From Gammaproteobacteria bacterium (GTDB lineage Bacteria; Pseudomonadota; Gammaproteobacteria; Steroidobacterales; JABDKV01), in the NCBI GenBank assembly GCA_029862165.1, contig JAOTXU010000017.1:2914-66913 (forward strand): a stretch of 64,000 nucleotides of DNA, given 5' to 3'. Made by a program: the position numbers and the translations under genes. This document shows, piece by piece, positions 50,322-59,286 of this stretch (position 1 is its first letter; every line of letters starts with the position of its first letter). The notes beneath the pieces were generated by a model. That model had not been told where the DNA came from. It saw only the letters and a list, made by a program, of their open reading frames with translations, and did not search any database.

Positions 50322-51418
50322 TAGATACAACAGGTGGGCAAGACTCGGAAGAACTGCGCAACAAAACCCGAATCATTCCTTTTGTATTCAAAGGTCAGAC
50401 AGGCGAGTATTTCAGAATCTGGATCGTCAACATCGTCCTGACGATACTGACGGTTGGCATCTATTCGGCATGGGCCAAGGTCCGCACCCATCGCTACTTC
50501 TACGGCAGTACGTCGCTAGCTGGCCGGTCATTCGACTATACCGCCGATCCGTTAGCCATACTGAAGGGAAGGATTATCGCGACTGTTGCGTTCATTATCT
50601 GGTATTTCGCGACGACTTTTTTTCCGTTAACCAGTGTTGTGTTGGTGCCCTTGCTGCTCTTAGCTCTGCCCTGGGTAATCGTGCGTTCTTTGAAGTTTCG
50701 GGCGTTTCATACGCGTTATCGTAATTTGCGGTTTCATTTCTACGGAAGCAAATGGGAGGCGGCCAGTGCGTACTTATTGTTTCCTTTACTCACTATTTTC
50801 ACACTGGGTCTGCTCTGGCCTTATGTGGCCTATTTGCGGGCTAAATTCAAAATGGACAATTTGGGATTTGGTGACCGTCGCAGCAGTTTCTTCGGTAAGG
50901 TCGGTGGATATTACTCAATTTGGCTAACATTGTTCCTGTATTTTGTGGCACTCATTGTGGTTTTGTTTGTTTTTATGATGGGATCAGCTTTCTTTGGCAG
51001 TGACGGTTCTTTGGTCGCGGAAGACGTTACGCATCAATTACCGCCGCTACAGCTGATCGGTGCAGGATTGCTTTATCTCGTCGTCATATTCGCCGTTTAT
51101 GTCTTTCCACCAGCTTATATCAAGGCCATGGAGGGCAACTATCTGTTGAATAATTCCGAGATCGCCGGTTATCTGCCACACAGTACGATGAAAGTAGGCG
51201 AGTTATTTTATATCTACGCAACTAATATCGTGGGTATCGTGCTTTCGCTTGGTCTGGCGATACCGTGGGCCATGATTCGTGCCGCGCGCTATCGGCTGGA
51301 GCACACAGCCTTGGAGGTAGGCGATAATCTGGACTCAATCTCTGCCGGAGATCGTTACGGCATCGACGCGACGGGTGAGGAACTGGGAGAGGTCTTCGAT
51401 ATCGACCTTGGATTTTGA
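50318..51418 (+). CDS. YjgN-family inner-membrane protein (DUF898)
   Basis: F.G.TGEYFRIWIVN..LTILT.GIYSAWAKVR..RYFY is the DUF898 signature as I recall it. The protein is polytopic. I chose the GTG start at 50318, which overlaps the upstream stop (GTGA). Confidence 0.75.
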   Translation: MIDTTGGQDSEELRNKTRIIPFVFKGQTGEYFRIWIVNIVLTILTVGIYSAWAKVRTHRYFYGSTSLAGRSFDYTADPLAILKGRIIATVAFIIWYFATTFFPLTSVVLVPLLLLALPWVIVRSLKFRAFHTRYRNLRFHFYGSKWEAASAYLLFPLLTIFTLGLLWPYVAYLRAKFKMDNLGFGDRRSSFFGKVGGYYSIWLTLFLYFVALIVVLFVFMMGSAFFGSDGSLVAEDVTHQLPPLQLIGAGLLYLVVIFAVYVFPPAYIKAMEGNYLLNNSEIAGYLPHSTMKVGELFYIYATNIVGIVLSLGLAIPWAMIRAARYRLEHTALEVGDNLDSISAGDRYGIDATGEELGEVFDIDLGF

Positions 51419-52434
51419 CTGAAATCAGCGGCAATTTTTACGAGGCCAGTTCGTCGCGATCATTTCCGGCGAAAGCGGTACTTTACGGAACGAGGCAATT
51501 GCATGTGGTTGGTGCAGAATTTGTTCGTGAATACCATTTGTCTGAAACAAAGATTTCGCGTCGGATCGGCGACCTGACACGCACCATCACTTTTTTCGAT
51601 GGCTCCCTCTTTGAGTCTGACGATAACGAGATTATAGATGAGTACCTGGCCGCCATGGGGCTCGACACGGCGTCACGCCAGGTCCATAGGTTTGAGGGCG
51701 CTTGGCATTGGATTGCGGCCGCAGTTGTAGTCGTGGCTGTTGCAGCCTGGTTATTCATAGTGGTGGGCCTACCCGTGATGGCCAATAGCGTTGCCCACAG
51801 TTTGCCGCCGGAAGTCGACGATCAACTCGGTCGCGATGGCCTGCAGCTGATGGATAAACTGATCTTTGAGCCGTCCGAGCTCAGTGCCGAGCGTCAGGAA
51901 GGGTTACGCGAAAACTTCGCCGACCTTGCAAACTATGCCGATGTCGACAGAAAGCTTCGGTTGGAGTTTCGGGGTGGAGGCGATATCGGCCCCAACGCTT
52001 TTGCTTTGCCTTCGGGCACCATAGTTATGACGGACGAGCTGGTTGCACTGGCCGGGCACGAACACGAACTTGCCGCAGTACTGGCCCACGAGATTGGCCA
52101 TGTTGATGGCCGCCACTCACTACGCTTAATACTACAGGATTCTATTGCGGCGCTGATGTTTGCAGTAATGCTCGGTGACGTGACGTCGATCACCGGATTG
52201 GCCGGTGCTATACCGGCGTTGTTGGTGCAAACTAAATATTCGCGTAGTTTTGAAACTGAAGCCGACGACTACGCTCTTGAATTGATGAAGACAGCTAATA
52301 TCGACCCACAGTATTTCAGTGACATCCTGCAACGCATGGAAGAAAGTTATGGCGGCGGCAGCGACATGCCTGATTTTCTTTCCACCCATCCGGCTACCGA
52401 CCGTCGCGTGCGCCGTTTCGAACAGCGAGACTGA
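51415..52434 (+). CDS. M48-family zinc metallopeptidase with an N-terminal cytoplasmic domain and TM anchor
   Basis: HEXXH is present (LAHEIGHVDGRH), with downstream E..AD (FETEADDYAL) and HP...RV. The TTG start overlaps the DUF898 stop (TTGA). Confidence 0.8.
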   Translation: MTEISGNFYEASSSRSFPAKAVLYGTRQLHVVGAEFVREYHLSETKISRRIGDLTRTITFFDGSLFESDDNEIIDEYLAAMGLDTASRQVHRFEGAWHWIAAAVVVVAVAAWLFIVVGLPVMANSVAHSLPPEVDDQLGRDGLQLMDKLIFEPSELSAERQEGLRENFADLANYADVDRKLRLEFRGGGDIGPNAFALPSGTIVMTDELVALAGHEHELAAVLAHEIGHVDGRHSLRLILQDSIAALMFAVMLGDVTSITGLAGAIPALLVQTKYSRSFETEADDYALELMKTANIDPQYFSDILQRMEESYGGGSDMPDFLSTHPATDRRVRRFEQRD

Positions 52435-52514
52435 TCGCTTCGCCAACACGCTTGTCGTAATACCGCAGGTAGCGTGACCCGATACTTTTTCGATTTTCGT
52501 CGCGCAGCGTTTTC

Positions 52515-54209
52515 ATGAGCGGTATTATTTTCGGGACATCAGCGAGCGCAGGTTTGTCCGCAATGGCCAAAGTAACGGTCAACGTAAATACGACGTGGTA
52601 TTTCGCGCGAAAGCTGTTTGCAATGCTTCTTTTGCTCGTTTGTACGATGACGCCTGCGCGAGCTGTCACTGAAGACCTCTTCGAGCAATTCGAAGTCATG
52701 ACAGGTACGTCAAAGCACCAAACGGTTTTGACTGGTTTTTTTCTCGGTGGTGCTACTGCAGAAATCGCCGTGTTGCGTATTGACGACAATGACGACCGTC
52801 GCATACAACTGTACGGCTTTGACGGCGCGGTCTGGCTGCCGGTTCTGGACGCAACCATGGATTCCGATGTGCTGTTCGCCGATGTAGCCAACATCGGTGG
52901 TCGAGACCGCTTGATCAGCTACGAGCAGGGTCGCGTGAACTGGTTCGACCCCGAGTCAGCATCGGAACGGCCGCTGGTCGAAGTCGCAATGCATTACAAC
53001 GCCGCGGACAACCTCGAAGGAAGTGCCACCCAGCCCGGGGGCGACATCCCGCATGTGGATATTACCCGGGACCTGAACCACGATGGCCGCGACGACCTGA
53101 TACTGCCCGACTTCGATGGTTTCTGGATATCTACCCAACTGAGCGACGGCTCGTTTACCGGCGCCGTAAAACTGGGCCCTCCCGAACCGTTTCTCGACGC
53201 GAGGTGGGAAGCGCGGAGTTACAAGGATTTTGGCTTATCGGCCGGAACCATCCCCGTGTATCTGAGCCGTGTTCACGAGATGGACTACAACCGGGACGGT
53301 CGCAGCGATCTGGTGTTCTGGAATGAGGATCACTTCGACGTCTACGCCCAGAACGAACGCGGGTTGTTTGACCCGGTAGCCACAACTTTCACCGCCGACG
53401 TGCCGATAGACTCCGACGGAGCGTACTCGCGCATATCCGATTTCGGAGACGAAGGCCTATTGTCGCTCATGTTTGGATTCAACGAGAACACTAGGCGAAC
53501 AGTGCTGCACTCGTTGCGCGATCTAGATGGCGACCAGGTCGCCGACCTGGTGACCCTCACGCTTGCAGGACGGGCCGCGTTTAAACAGCGCAGCCTGTAT
53601 GAGGCGCATTTCGGCACAACCACACCGGACGGTACATTGTTCGCACGCGACGTCAGCACGGCGATCCATCCGCGAGGAAAAGCGGGACTAGGGCAGCCAT
53701 CGGGATACTCCTCCCAGTGGTTTGAAGACTTCGATGGCGATGGCCAGGTCGACATCATGTTCAGAGACGTAAGAATCGGGCTCGGCGGGATGGCCCGCGC
53801 GCTGGTTGGTAATTCCGTCGCGATAGATCTCGAGCTATACCGCATGGAAGATGGCGTGTATCCCGACAAGCCCACTTTCAAGCGCAACATCAGGCGCTTC
53901 GCACCCTTTGCCGGAATCGGCAACGTATTCCTCCCGACAGTCCGGATCGGGGATGTAAACGGCGACGAACGCGTGGACCTGCTGGTAGGCCAGAGCCCGG
54001 AAAAGCTACACATCTTTCTCGGCGTGCCCGGGCCCAAACTTCTGACTCGAAAGCCGCAGAACGTGGCGGTCGCCTTGCCATCCGACGAGCGACACACCCG
54101 GCTGGTGGATCTCAACAAGGACGGCAAGGAAGACGTTCTTGTGCATCAGACGCCGACCAGTCACGAGCCCACGAATCCGCATCGGATAACCGTGCTGATC
54201 GCCCGGTAG
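52515..54209 (+). CDS. Secreted FG-GAP/VCBS-repeat (integrin-alpha-like beta-propeller) protein
   Basis: Calcium-binding-type motifs recur: DLNHDGRDDLIL, DYNRDGRSDLVF, DLDGDQVADLV, DFDGDGQVDIMF, DVNGDERVDLLV and DLNKDGKEDVLV. The start is uncertain; a signal-like MLLLLVCTMTPARA begins at an internal Met. Confidence 0.7.
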   Translation: MSGIIFGTSASAGLSAMAKVTVNVNTTWYFARKLFAMLLLLVCTMTPARAVTEDLFEQFEVMTGTSKHQTVLTGFFLGGATAEIAVLRIDDNDDRRIQLYGFDGAVWLPVLDATMDSDVLFADVANIGGRDRLISYEQGRVNWFDPESASERPLVEVAMHYNAADNLEGSATQPGGDIPHVDITRDLNHDGRDDLILPDFDGFWISTQLSDGSFTGAVKLGPPEPFLDARWEARSYKDFGLSAGTIPVYLSRVHEMDYNRDGRSDLVFWNEDHFDVYAQNERGLFDPVATTFTADVPIDSDGAYSRISDFGDEGLLSLMFGFNENTRRTVLHSLRDLDGDQVADLVTLTLAGRAAFKQRSLYEAHFGTTTPDGTLFARDVSTAIHPRGKAGLGQPSGYSSQWFEDFDGDGQVDIMFRDVRIGLGGMARALVGNSVAIDLELYRMEDGVYPDKPTFKRNIRRFAPFAGIGNVFLPTVRIGDVNGDERVDLLVGQSPEKLHIFLGVPGPKLLTRKPQNVAVALPSDERHTRLVDLNKDGKEDVLVHQTPTSHEPTNPHRITVLIAR

Positions 54210-54404
54210 CTTACGTGGCTGGCCCGAGCACGGGTTACTGAATACAGGGGTGTTTTGTGGCCGAGAGGGCGCATTCGAGCAGGCAGGCACACGCCACTGG
54301 CGGACATTCAAAAACCGACTAAGCTTAGATGACTTTTCAATTACTCCGAGGGTCGCCTGAAAGCCCTCGACACACCCACCACCCCGGTGGGAGGAGAAAA
54401 AACC

Positions 54405-54644
54405 ATGCCGAAGTTCATCGATGCCCATCCCATGAAGCCATTCACAGGAGACGAGCTGAACAAGTTGCAGAATGCGCCGCCGGACGAGTTTGGGGTTACG
54501 CACCACGACGTCCTGTACAGCAAGAAGGACAACAAGATCTATTGTGTGCTGGACGCCCCGAACGCCGAAGCAATCCACAAGCATCATGAGAAGGCCGGGA
54601 TCAAGTGTGACTGGGTCCACGAAGTGGAGTCGACGCGTGGGTGA
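54405..54644 (+). CDS. DUF4242-family small protein (SCO4226-like)
   Basis: The ATG at 54405 is preceded by GGAGGAG. MPKFIDAHPM....T.DEL......P.DEFGV.H......K..NKIYCVLDAPN.EA..KHH.KAG..CDW..EVE matches the DUF4242 pattern as I recall it. Confidence 0.65.
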   Translation: MPKFIDAHPMKPFTGDELNKLQNAPPDEFGVTHHDVLYSKKDNKIYCVLDAPNAEAIHKHHEKAGIKCDWVHEVESTRG

Positions 54645-54725
54645 CCGATAGCCCTTGGCCGGCGTCAGAAACAAGGATGCACGTTTTCTAAAAGGTTCGC
54701 TCATGGACTCTAGGAGGAAGAGAGA

Positions 54726-55127
54726 ATGGCTAAAGTAACGGGAGTCGGCGGCGTCTTCTTCTTGTCTCAGGGCGAAGGAAAGGCTCTGTCGTCATGGTAT
54801 GAGAAACACCTGCATATGCGGCCAGAGGAGTTTGGTGGCGTCATACTGAAGTGGGAAGACGACACTGCTGAGGACGAGGGGATGACGGTGTGGCACACCG
54901 CAGACCGGGACAGCGATTGGTTCAGTCCCAGCACGTCGGCGTTCATGATCAATTATCGGGTCGACGACCTGGAGGCGATGGTCAATCAATTGACCGCCGC
55001 GGGCGTGGACATACTACAAGGCCCTGAGTACTACGAAAATGGGGCGTTTGCCTGGATCATGGATCCCGAGGGCAACAAGATTGAACTTTGGGAGCCAAAG
55101 ATTTGGGATGAGAAGAATAAAAGGTAG
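54726..55127 (+). CDS. VOC-family (glyoxalase/bleomycin-resistance fold) protein
   Basis: 133 aa. The GVGGVFF N-terminus and the ..F.W..DPEGNKIELWEP C-terminus are typical of the VOC superfamily. Confidence 0.75.
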   Translation: MAKVTGVGGVFFLSQGEGKALSSWYEKHLHMRPEEFGGVILKWEDDTAEDEGMTVWHTADRDSDWFSPSTSAFMINYRVDDLEAMVNQLTAAGVDILQGPEYYENGAFAWIMDPEGNKIELWEPKIWDEKNKR

Positions 55128-55156
55128 CTGCAAAATGCAAACGCTACCAGTATTAG

Positions 55157-55188
55157 AGGGGCTTGCGTCAGCAAGCCCCTACGCTTTT
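55157..55188. terminator. Rho-independent terminator between convergent genes
   Basis: The stem AGGGGCTTGC (55157-55166) pairs with GCAAGCCCCT (55171-55180) around the loop GTCA, followed by ACGCTTTT. Confidence 0.75.
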
Positions 55189-55218
55189 CGGGTCGTCCTC
55201 AAACCGTGTGTGCTCAGG

Positions 55219-55485
55219 TCAGTTTATGAGTGTGAGATAGTGGAATTCCCCGTCGATAACGCCTGATTTGTCTCCAATCTCTTTAGACTCTGGTCTTGCC
55301 ATGAATGCGTTGGCTCGATCGATATCCTCGACGTCGAGGAGAAAGAACACATCGTTTGGATCTTCCGCCGTTTGCCAGAGACACGCTAGTGTCACGCCGT
55401 ACCTAGCTGCAGCAGCACTTTCTTCGTCGAAGTACGCGTACCACGTCGAGAAGTCTTTGACTTTGTTTCGAACGAGTAATTGCAT
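55219..55485 (-). CDS. Small hypothetical protein (88 aa), possibly an alpha+beta ferredoxin-like fold
   Basis: The ORF runs from the ATG at 55485 (MQLLVRNKVKDFSTWYAYFDEE..). I could not recognise a family confidently. The terminator hairpin lies downstream. Confidence 0.5.
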   Translation of the reverse strand: MQLLVRNKVKDFSTWYAYFDEESAAAARYGVTLACLWQTAEDPNDVFFLLDVEDIDRANAFMARPESKEIGDKSGVIDGEFHYLTLIN

Positions 55486-55575
55486 TGGGGGCCTCACGGA
55501 TCCGGAGTTTCATGGCCGGTATCATACACCCCGTCAAGCAACGTCTTCCTCACGCCGAAGGGCCGGTCCTGGCCG

Positions 55576-57822
55576 TCAGTAACGGAAATTGAACGCCGCC
55601 TTGAGCGCAAACTCAGTTTCGAACGCCCGCCAACCATTACGTTCGGCAATCTGGTTGAGCACCAGAAACACTTCGCGATCGGCACGAGGTTCCCAGCGCA
55701 GGCGGCTATTTACAGAAACCGTGTCGGAAATGTTGTCAGTCTGCACGAGGTTGAGCCATGCCCAGCGGGCGTTGAACGCGACATTCGCCCGCAACCGGTG
55801 CAACCTGGTTATGAACTCGCCCTGCGGCAAGTCGACTTTGTTGAATACCGTGGCCATGCCGAGTTCCAGCCGGGGGCCTGGTCGCCAGATGAGTTCGGGT
55901 ATCAAGGCGAGATTGTCGCCGCTCAGGAATCCACCATCCACGGCTTCCAGGACCAGTCGTATTGGGCGATGCTGTCCGGTCTCTATAAAGAATCCGTAGC
56001 GATCGCCGTCGTAGCGACCCGGCGGCACAACCACACCCGGGGAAATTTCGAATGGTTCGATCAGTTTTTCGGTTTCGCGACCGACAAAAAACGTCATGAA
56101 ATCGCCGCCGTGCGTGTTTGCTTCGAAGAAGTTCCACCACATGGCCTGCGTATCTACATCGCCGGTGTCAATACGTTCGGCACGGAAGTACTGCAGGCGC
56201 GTCGCCATCCATTGCAGCGGTCCGCTGGTGGGGCGTCGGCGGAAACGCACCTGGCCATCGACCTCGTTGACCCCGCCGCGATTGACGAAGCCCAGGGCCG
56301 GGTTGAAGTTCTCTTCGATGTGGCTGAACGCAAGCTCGCCATCTATGCGGTCGTTCGGCCAGTCGAACGCAGCGCCCCAGGCACTATCGCGCCCGTGCAA
56401 TTCGTCGGTGTTGCTTTGCTGCGCCCACAGCCGGGTGTTCAGCGTGCGCCCGTCGCCCACATTGCTGTTGCGATAGTTAAAGTCCAAGCCGGTAACACGG
56501 TTGCCGGCGCTGCCGTCCGGGTTGCCCTGGGTATAGATGGCGCCGAGGCTCGATTCCTTGAACAGGTTGCGGCTGAGGCGCGCAACAAACAATGTCTGAT
56601 CTGCGTCAGGTGCGCCGGCCTCCTGGTGCGTCGCCAATGCGCCAATGTTCCAGTCACCGGCACGCCCGGTGAGCTTGGTGCCCGCATTGATATCCAGCGG
56701 ATTGCCGGCACCGGAAAGGCCAATACGACGGCTGAAGAACGGCCTGCCATTGCGTTCCAGACCGCCGAACTCAAAGATGTTCGCGTCCTGCAGAAAGAAT
56801 TCGCGTTTCTCGGGGAAGAACAATGAAAAGCGGCTCAGGTTGATCTGCCGCTCGTCGGCCTCGGTAGCGGAGAAGTCGGTGTTGAAGGTCAACGCACCGG
56901 TGAGGTAGGGAGTAATCCGGTAGAAACCGGTCAGCGACGGATCGAATTCGGTTTCGTCCTTGCCCGTACGCCGGTCTCTCACGCTGATGGTTGCCGAGGG
57001 CACAACTTCAATGCCGACACCTTGGCGCATGCCTTCGAGTCCGGTGGAGTACCCGGATACCGCGGGACCAACGTTGCGCTCGCGTGACGACCAGGAAACT
57101 TCTTCGTTCTTGCGTGGGATCACGCGGCCGAGATTGAAGCCCCAGGTATCGAGTGCCGGATCGAAAGAGATGGATTTGAACGGGATCGCCATCTCAGCCG
57201 ACCAGCCCCAGGGCTGACGCCGTCCGCCGGCGTACCAGACAGTGTCCCATTCTTCGATCCAGTAATCGTTTCCCATCAGTGCTTCCCGGCGAATACCGTT
57301 GGCGTTGACCTGGAAAAAATAGGCGTTGCGCCGGTCGTCGAAAGTATCCAGGTGTACTTCGAAGCGGTCGTCGGAAAAAAATGTCCGCCCTTGGATGAGT
57401 CCGTTGGCGGTGACTGCCTCGGGTGTGTCGTCATACGCCTTGACTCCGATGTAGAAAAAATTCTTGTCGTAGGCCAGGCGTACTTCGGTGCGCTCGCTCG
57501 GTGGCGTATGGTCGCCGGGTCTTATCTGGTGAAAGTCTGTTACCAATGTGGCGTTGGTCCATTCGCCGGTCTCGACCTGACCATCGATCACGGGTGGCGG
57601 TTGACCGGCCAGCCGGTAGGGATGGGTGACCGGGAATTCCCCGCCGGCGGTTGCCGCAGCGGCTAGCGCCGTAAGAAGCGCAACACTCAAATCGCTTCGT
57701 CCTGTTATTGCTTGATTCCGGAAGGCATACTCTTCGATCCCGGCGGCGGCCACAAAGTTCCGGTGCAACGCTGCCAATGCCCGGTTCAGACTAGCAGATA
57801 CTTCTATATTGTGTAGCGACAA
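55576..57822 (-). CDS. CBM9-like domain plus DUF5916 outer-membrane beta-barrel-type protein
   Basis: The N-terminal region (DG...GEW..A..V.DF.Q..P....P.SERTEV...YD...FYIGV.AYD ... W.AEMAIPF.SI.F) resembles carbohydrate-binding family 9 / DOMON-like domains. A long beta-rich C-terminus ends in ..AAFNFRY, an aromatic terminus. The start codon is uncertain (TTG in the track). Confidence 0.65.
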   Translation of the reverse strand: MSLHNIEVSASLNRALAALHRNFVAAAGIEEYAFRNQAITGRSDLSVALLTALAAAATAGGEFPVTHPYRLAGQPPPVIDGQVETGEWTNATLVTDFHQIRPGDHTPPSERTEVRLAYDKNFFYIGVKAYDDTPEAVTANGLIQGRTFFSDDRFEVHLDTFDDRRNAYFFQVNANGIRREALMGNDYWIEEWDTVWYAGGRRQPWGWSAEMAIPFKSISFDPALDTWGFNLGRVIPRKNEEVSWSSRERNVGPAVSGYSTGLEGMRQGVGIEVVPSATISVRDRRTGKDETEFDPSLTGFYRITPYLTGALTFNTDFSATEADERQINLSRFSLFFPEKREFFLQDANIFEFGGLERNGRPFFSRRIGLSGAGNPLDINAGTKLTGRAGDWNIGALATHQEAGAPDADQTLFVARLSRNLFKESSLGAIYTQGNPDGSAGNRVTGLDFNYRNSNVGDGRTLNTRLWAQQSNTDELHGRDSAWGAAFDWPNDRIDGELAFSHIEENFNPALGFVNRGGVNEVDGQVRFRRRPTSGPLQWMATRLQYFRAERIDTGDVDTQAMWWNFFEANTHGGDFMTFFVGRETEKLIEPFEISPGVVVPPGRYDGDRYGFFIETGQHRPIRLVLEAVDGGFLSGDNLALIPELIWRPGPRLELGMATVFNKVDLPQGEFITRLHRLRANVAFNARWAWLNLVQTDNISDTVSVNSRLRWEPRADREVFLVLNQIAERNGWRAFETEFALKAAFNFRY

Positions 57823-57912
57823 TCATTAAAATCGCACGGTCGAGGTCTCCGCAGTGCAATTCCGGTTCGAAACTGACGCAGTGAGACCGAGCCTGCTAAC
57901 AGAGAGAATGAC

Positions 57913-58575
57913 ATGTCAACAAAAGCCAATTTTCTGGACGCCGAACTGTATGACTATCTGCTGTCGGTATCAGTGTACGAGGATGAACTGCTCACTCAGC
58001 TGCGCGAGGAGACTGCCCAACTGCCCATGTCAGTAATGCAGATTGCACCGGACCAGGGGCAGTTCATGGCATTGCTTATACGTCTGATGGGTGTGCGCGC
58101 GGCAATCGAGGTGGGGGTGTTCACTGGGTACAGCAGTTTGTGCATCGCGCGTGCGTTGCCTGCGGACGGCCGCCTGTTGTGCTGTGATGTTAGCGAGGAG
58201 TGGACCGCCATCGCGCGGCGCTATTGGGATGCCGCCGGCGTGGCCGAGCGGATCGAGCTCGTACTCGCGCCGGCGTCGGAGACTTTGCGCTCACGGATCG
58301 AGGCCGGCGATGCGGGGCGCTACGACTTTGCCTTCATCGATGCGGACAAAGAGTCCTACGACGACTATTTTGAATGTTGCCTCGAACTGCTGCGCCCTGG
58401 CGGGTTGATGCTGTTCGACAACGTCCTGTGGTCGGGCCGGGTAATGAGAGCCGCTGAAGAAGACGCCGAAACGCAGGCGCTACATGCATTTAATGTAAAG
58501 CTCCATGGTGACGAGCGCGTGGACATCAGCTTACTGCCGGTAGCGGATGGCTTGTTTCTCGCGCGCAAACGCTGA
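57913..58575 (+). CDS. Class I SAM-dependent O-methyltransferase (caffeoyl-CoA OMT / Methyltransf_3 family)
   Basis: 220 aa. PDQGQFMALLIRLMG....IEVGVFTGYSSL..A.ALP.DG.L..CD......A..YW..AG...RIEL..APA..TL and FDF.FIDADK..Y..Y.E.CL.LLRPGG....DNVLW.G.V are present. Confidence 0.85.
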   Translation: MSTKANFLDAELYDYLLSVSVYEDELLTQLREETAQLPMSVMQIAPDQGQFMALLIRLMGVRAAIEVGVFTGYSSLCIARALPADGRLLCCDVSEEWTAIARRYWDAAGVAERIELVLAPASETLRSRIEAGDAGRYDFAFIDADKESYDDYFECCLELLRPGGLMLFDNVLWSGRVMRAAEEDAETQALHAFNVKLHGDERVDISLLPVADGLFLARKR

Positions 58576-58598
58576 CAGAGCTTGATTATTAACGTCAG
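58487..58598 (+). repeat. Direct repeat, copy 1: the last ~29 codons plus stop of the OMT gene and a downstream TTAACGTCAG motif
   Basis: 58487-58575 matches 62885-62973 at 87 of 89 positions, an offset of 4398 bp. The only mismatches are 58494-58495. TTAACGTCAG recurs at 58589-58598 and 62978-62987. Confidence 0.95.
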
Positions 58599-58676
58599 AC
58601 CGGCAGAAGTTGCCTGGAAAAACCAATGGGGCGATTGCTGCCGAGCGGAGATCTGGAGAGCGACGTGAAGGACTCT

Positions 58677-59144
58677 TTATTCTGCTTGCTGCTCGCGGTT
58701 GCTGGCAGCCCAGGCAGTGGCGGTATCGAAACACTCGAAGGACTCTATTTGGAGTCCAACGTTTTTAGCGCTGACCATAAAAAAGCCAAGATAGTTTCGC
58801 AGACCACCGGACATCACGATGGCGATTCGGTGGCTGCGAAGCTGGCGTCTTTCGTCGGTATGCAAGGCCAGTAAATATGCGTCGATCTCGGTCAGATCAC
58901 CGCTTGCCGAACGCGCGTCGATAACGGAAGGGCAGCCCAGGCGATCCAGTTCGTCCACCAGCATGACCCAATCGTTCAGGGTCGAATGCTGACCGCCACA
59001 GGTGACTATCACAATATTTTTGTCGTGCCTGATATTCAAAGTGTTGAATTCCTGATTAAGCGCCCGGCTCGGCAAGTCGGCTTTGCACCTCAGGAAGGTT
59101 CGGCATCCCTGCCGAAACCCGGAAAACCCAAGCCTAAGATCCAT
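58677..59144 (-). CDS. Hypothetical protein (155 aa), possibly a STAS/SpoIIAA-like fold
   Basis: The ORF lies downstream of the response-regulator gene on the same strand. The pattern ..NIVIVTCGGQHSTLNDWVMLVDELDRLG.PSVIDARSASGDLTEID...LA.....R.L...RIAIVMSG..... ..IESFECFDTATAWA loosely recalls STAS-type domains. The assignment is tentative. Confidence 0.35.
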   Translation of the reverse strand: MDLRLGFSGFRQGCRTFLRCKADLPSRALNQEFNTLNIRHDKNIVIVTCGGQHSTLNDWVMLVDELDRLGCPSVIDARSASGDLTEIDAYLLALHTDERRQLRSHRIAIVMSGGLRNYLGFFMVSAKNVGLQIESFECFDTATAWAASNREQQAE

Positions 59145-59286
59145 CTAGACCATGTCTATTTAACGGCCTTGCAGCGCAATAAACTATCCGTACGGCTGCC
59201 TAGGTAGGGTTGCCTATATTGCTTCAAGCGGCCCGGATATTCCGCTGCAGCAGGGTTTTGGTCCGGGCCGGGACGCCTGTTGTGGC

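Noticed and set aside
54375-54396. Hairpin CCCACC-acccc-GGTGGG that partly overlaps the SD of the DUF4242 gene. It could be a thermometer or translational control element.
   Set aside because: The stem is only 6 bp and covers just the first 2 nt of the SD. I have no conservation evidence, so it is too weak to claim.
53342-54704. Two long minus-strand ORFs (53342..54127 and 54006..54704) opposite the FG-GAP gene and the DUF4242 gene.
   Set aside because: Both overlap better-supported plus-strand genes with repeat motifs, a strong SD and family resemblance. Both have Arg/Ser/Pro-rich shadow composition.
55480-56826. 448-aa ORF antisense to the CBM9/DUF5916 gene.
   Set aside because: The opposite strand encodes a protein with clear family features and a beta-barrel terminus. 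The antisense product is Ala/Arg/Val-rich with no motifs. It is a shadow ORF.
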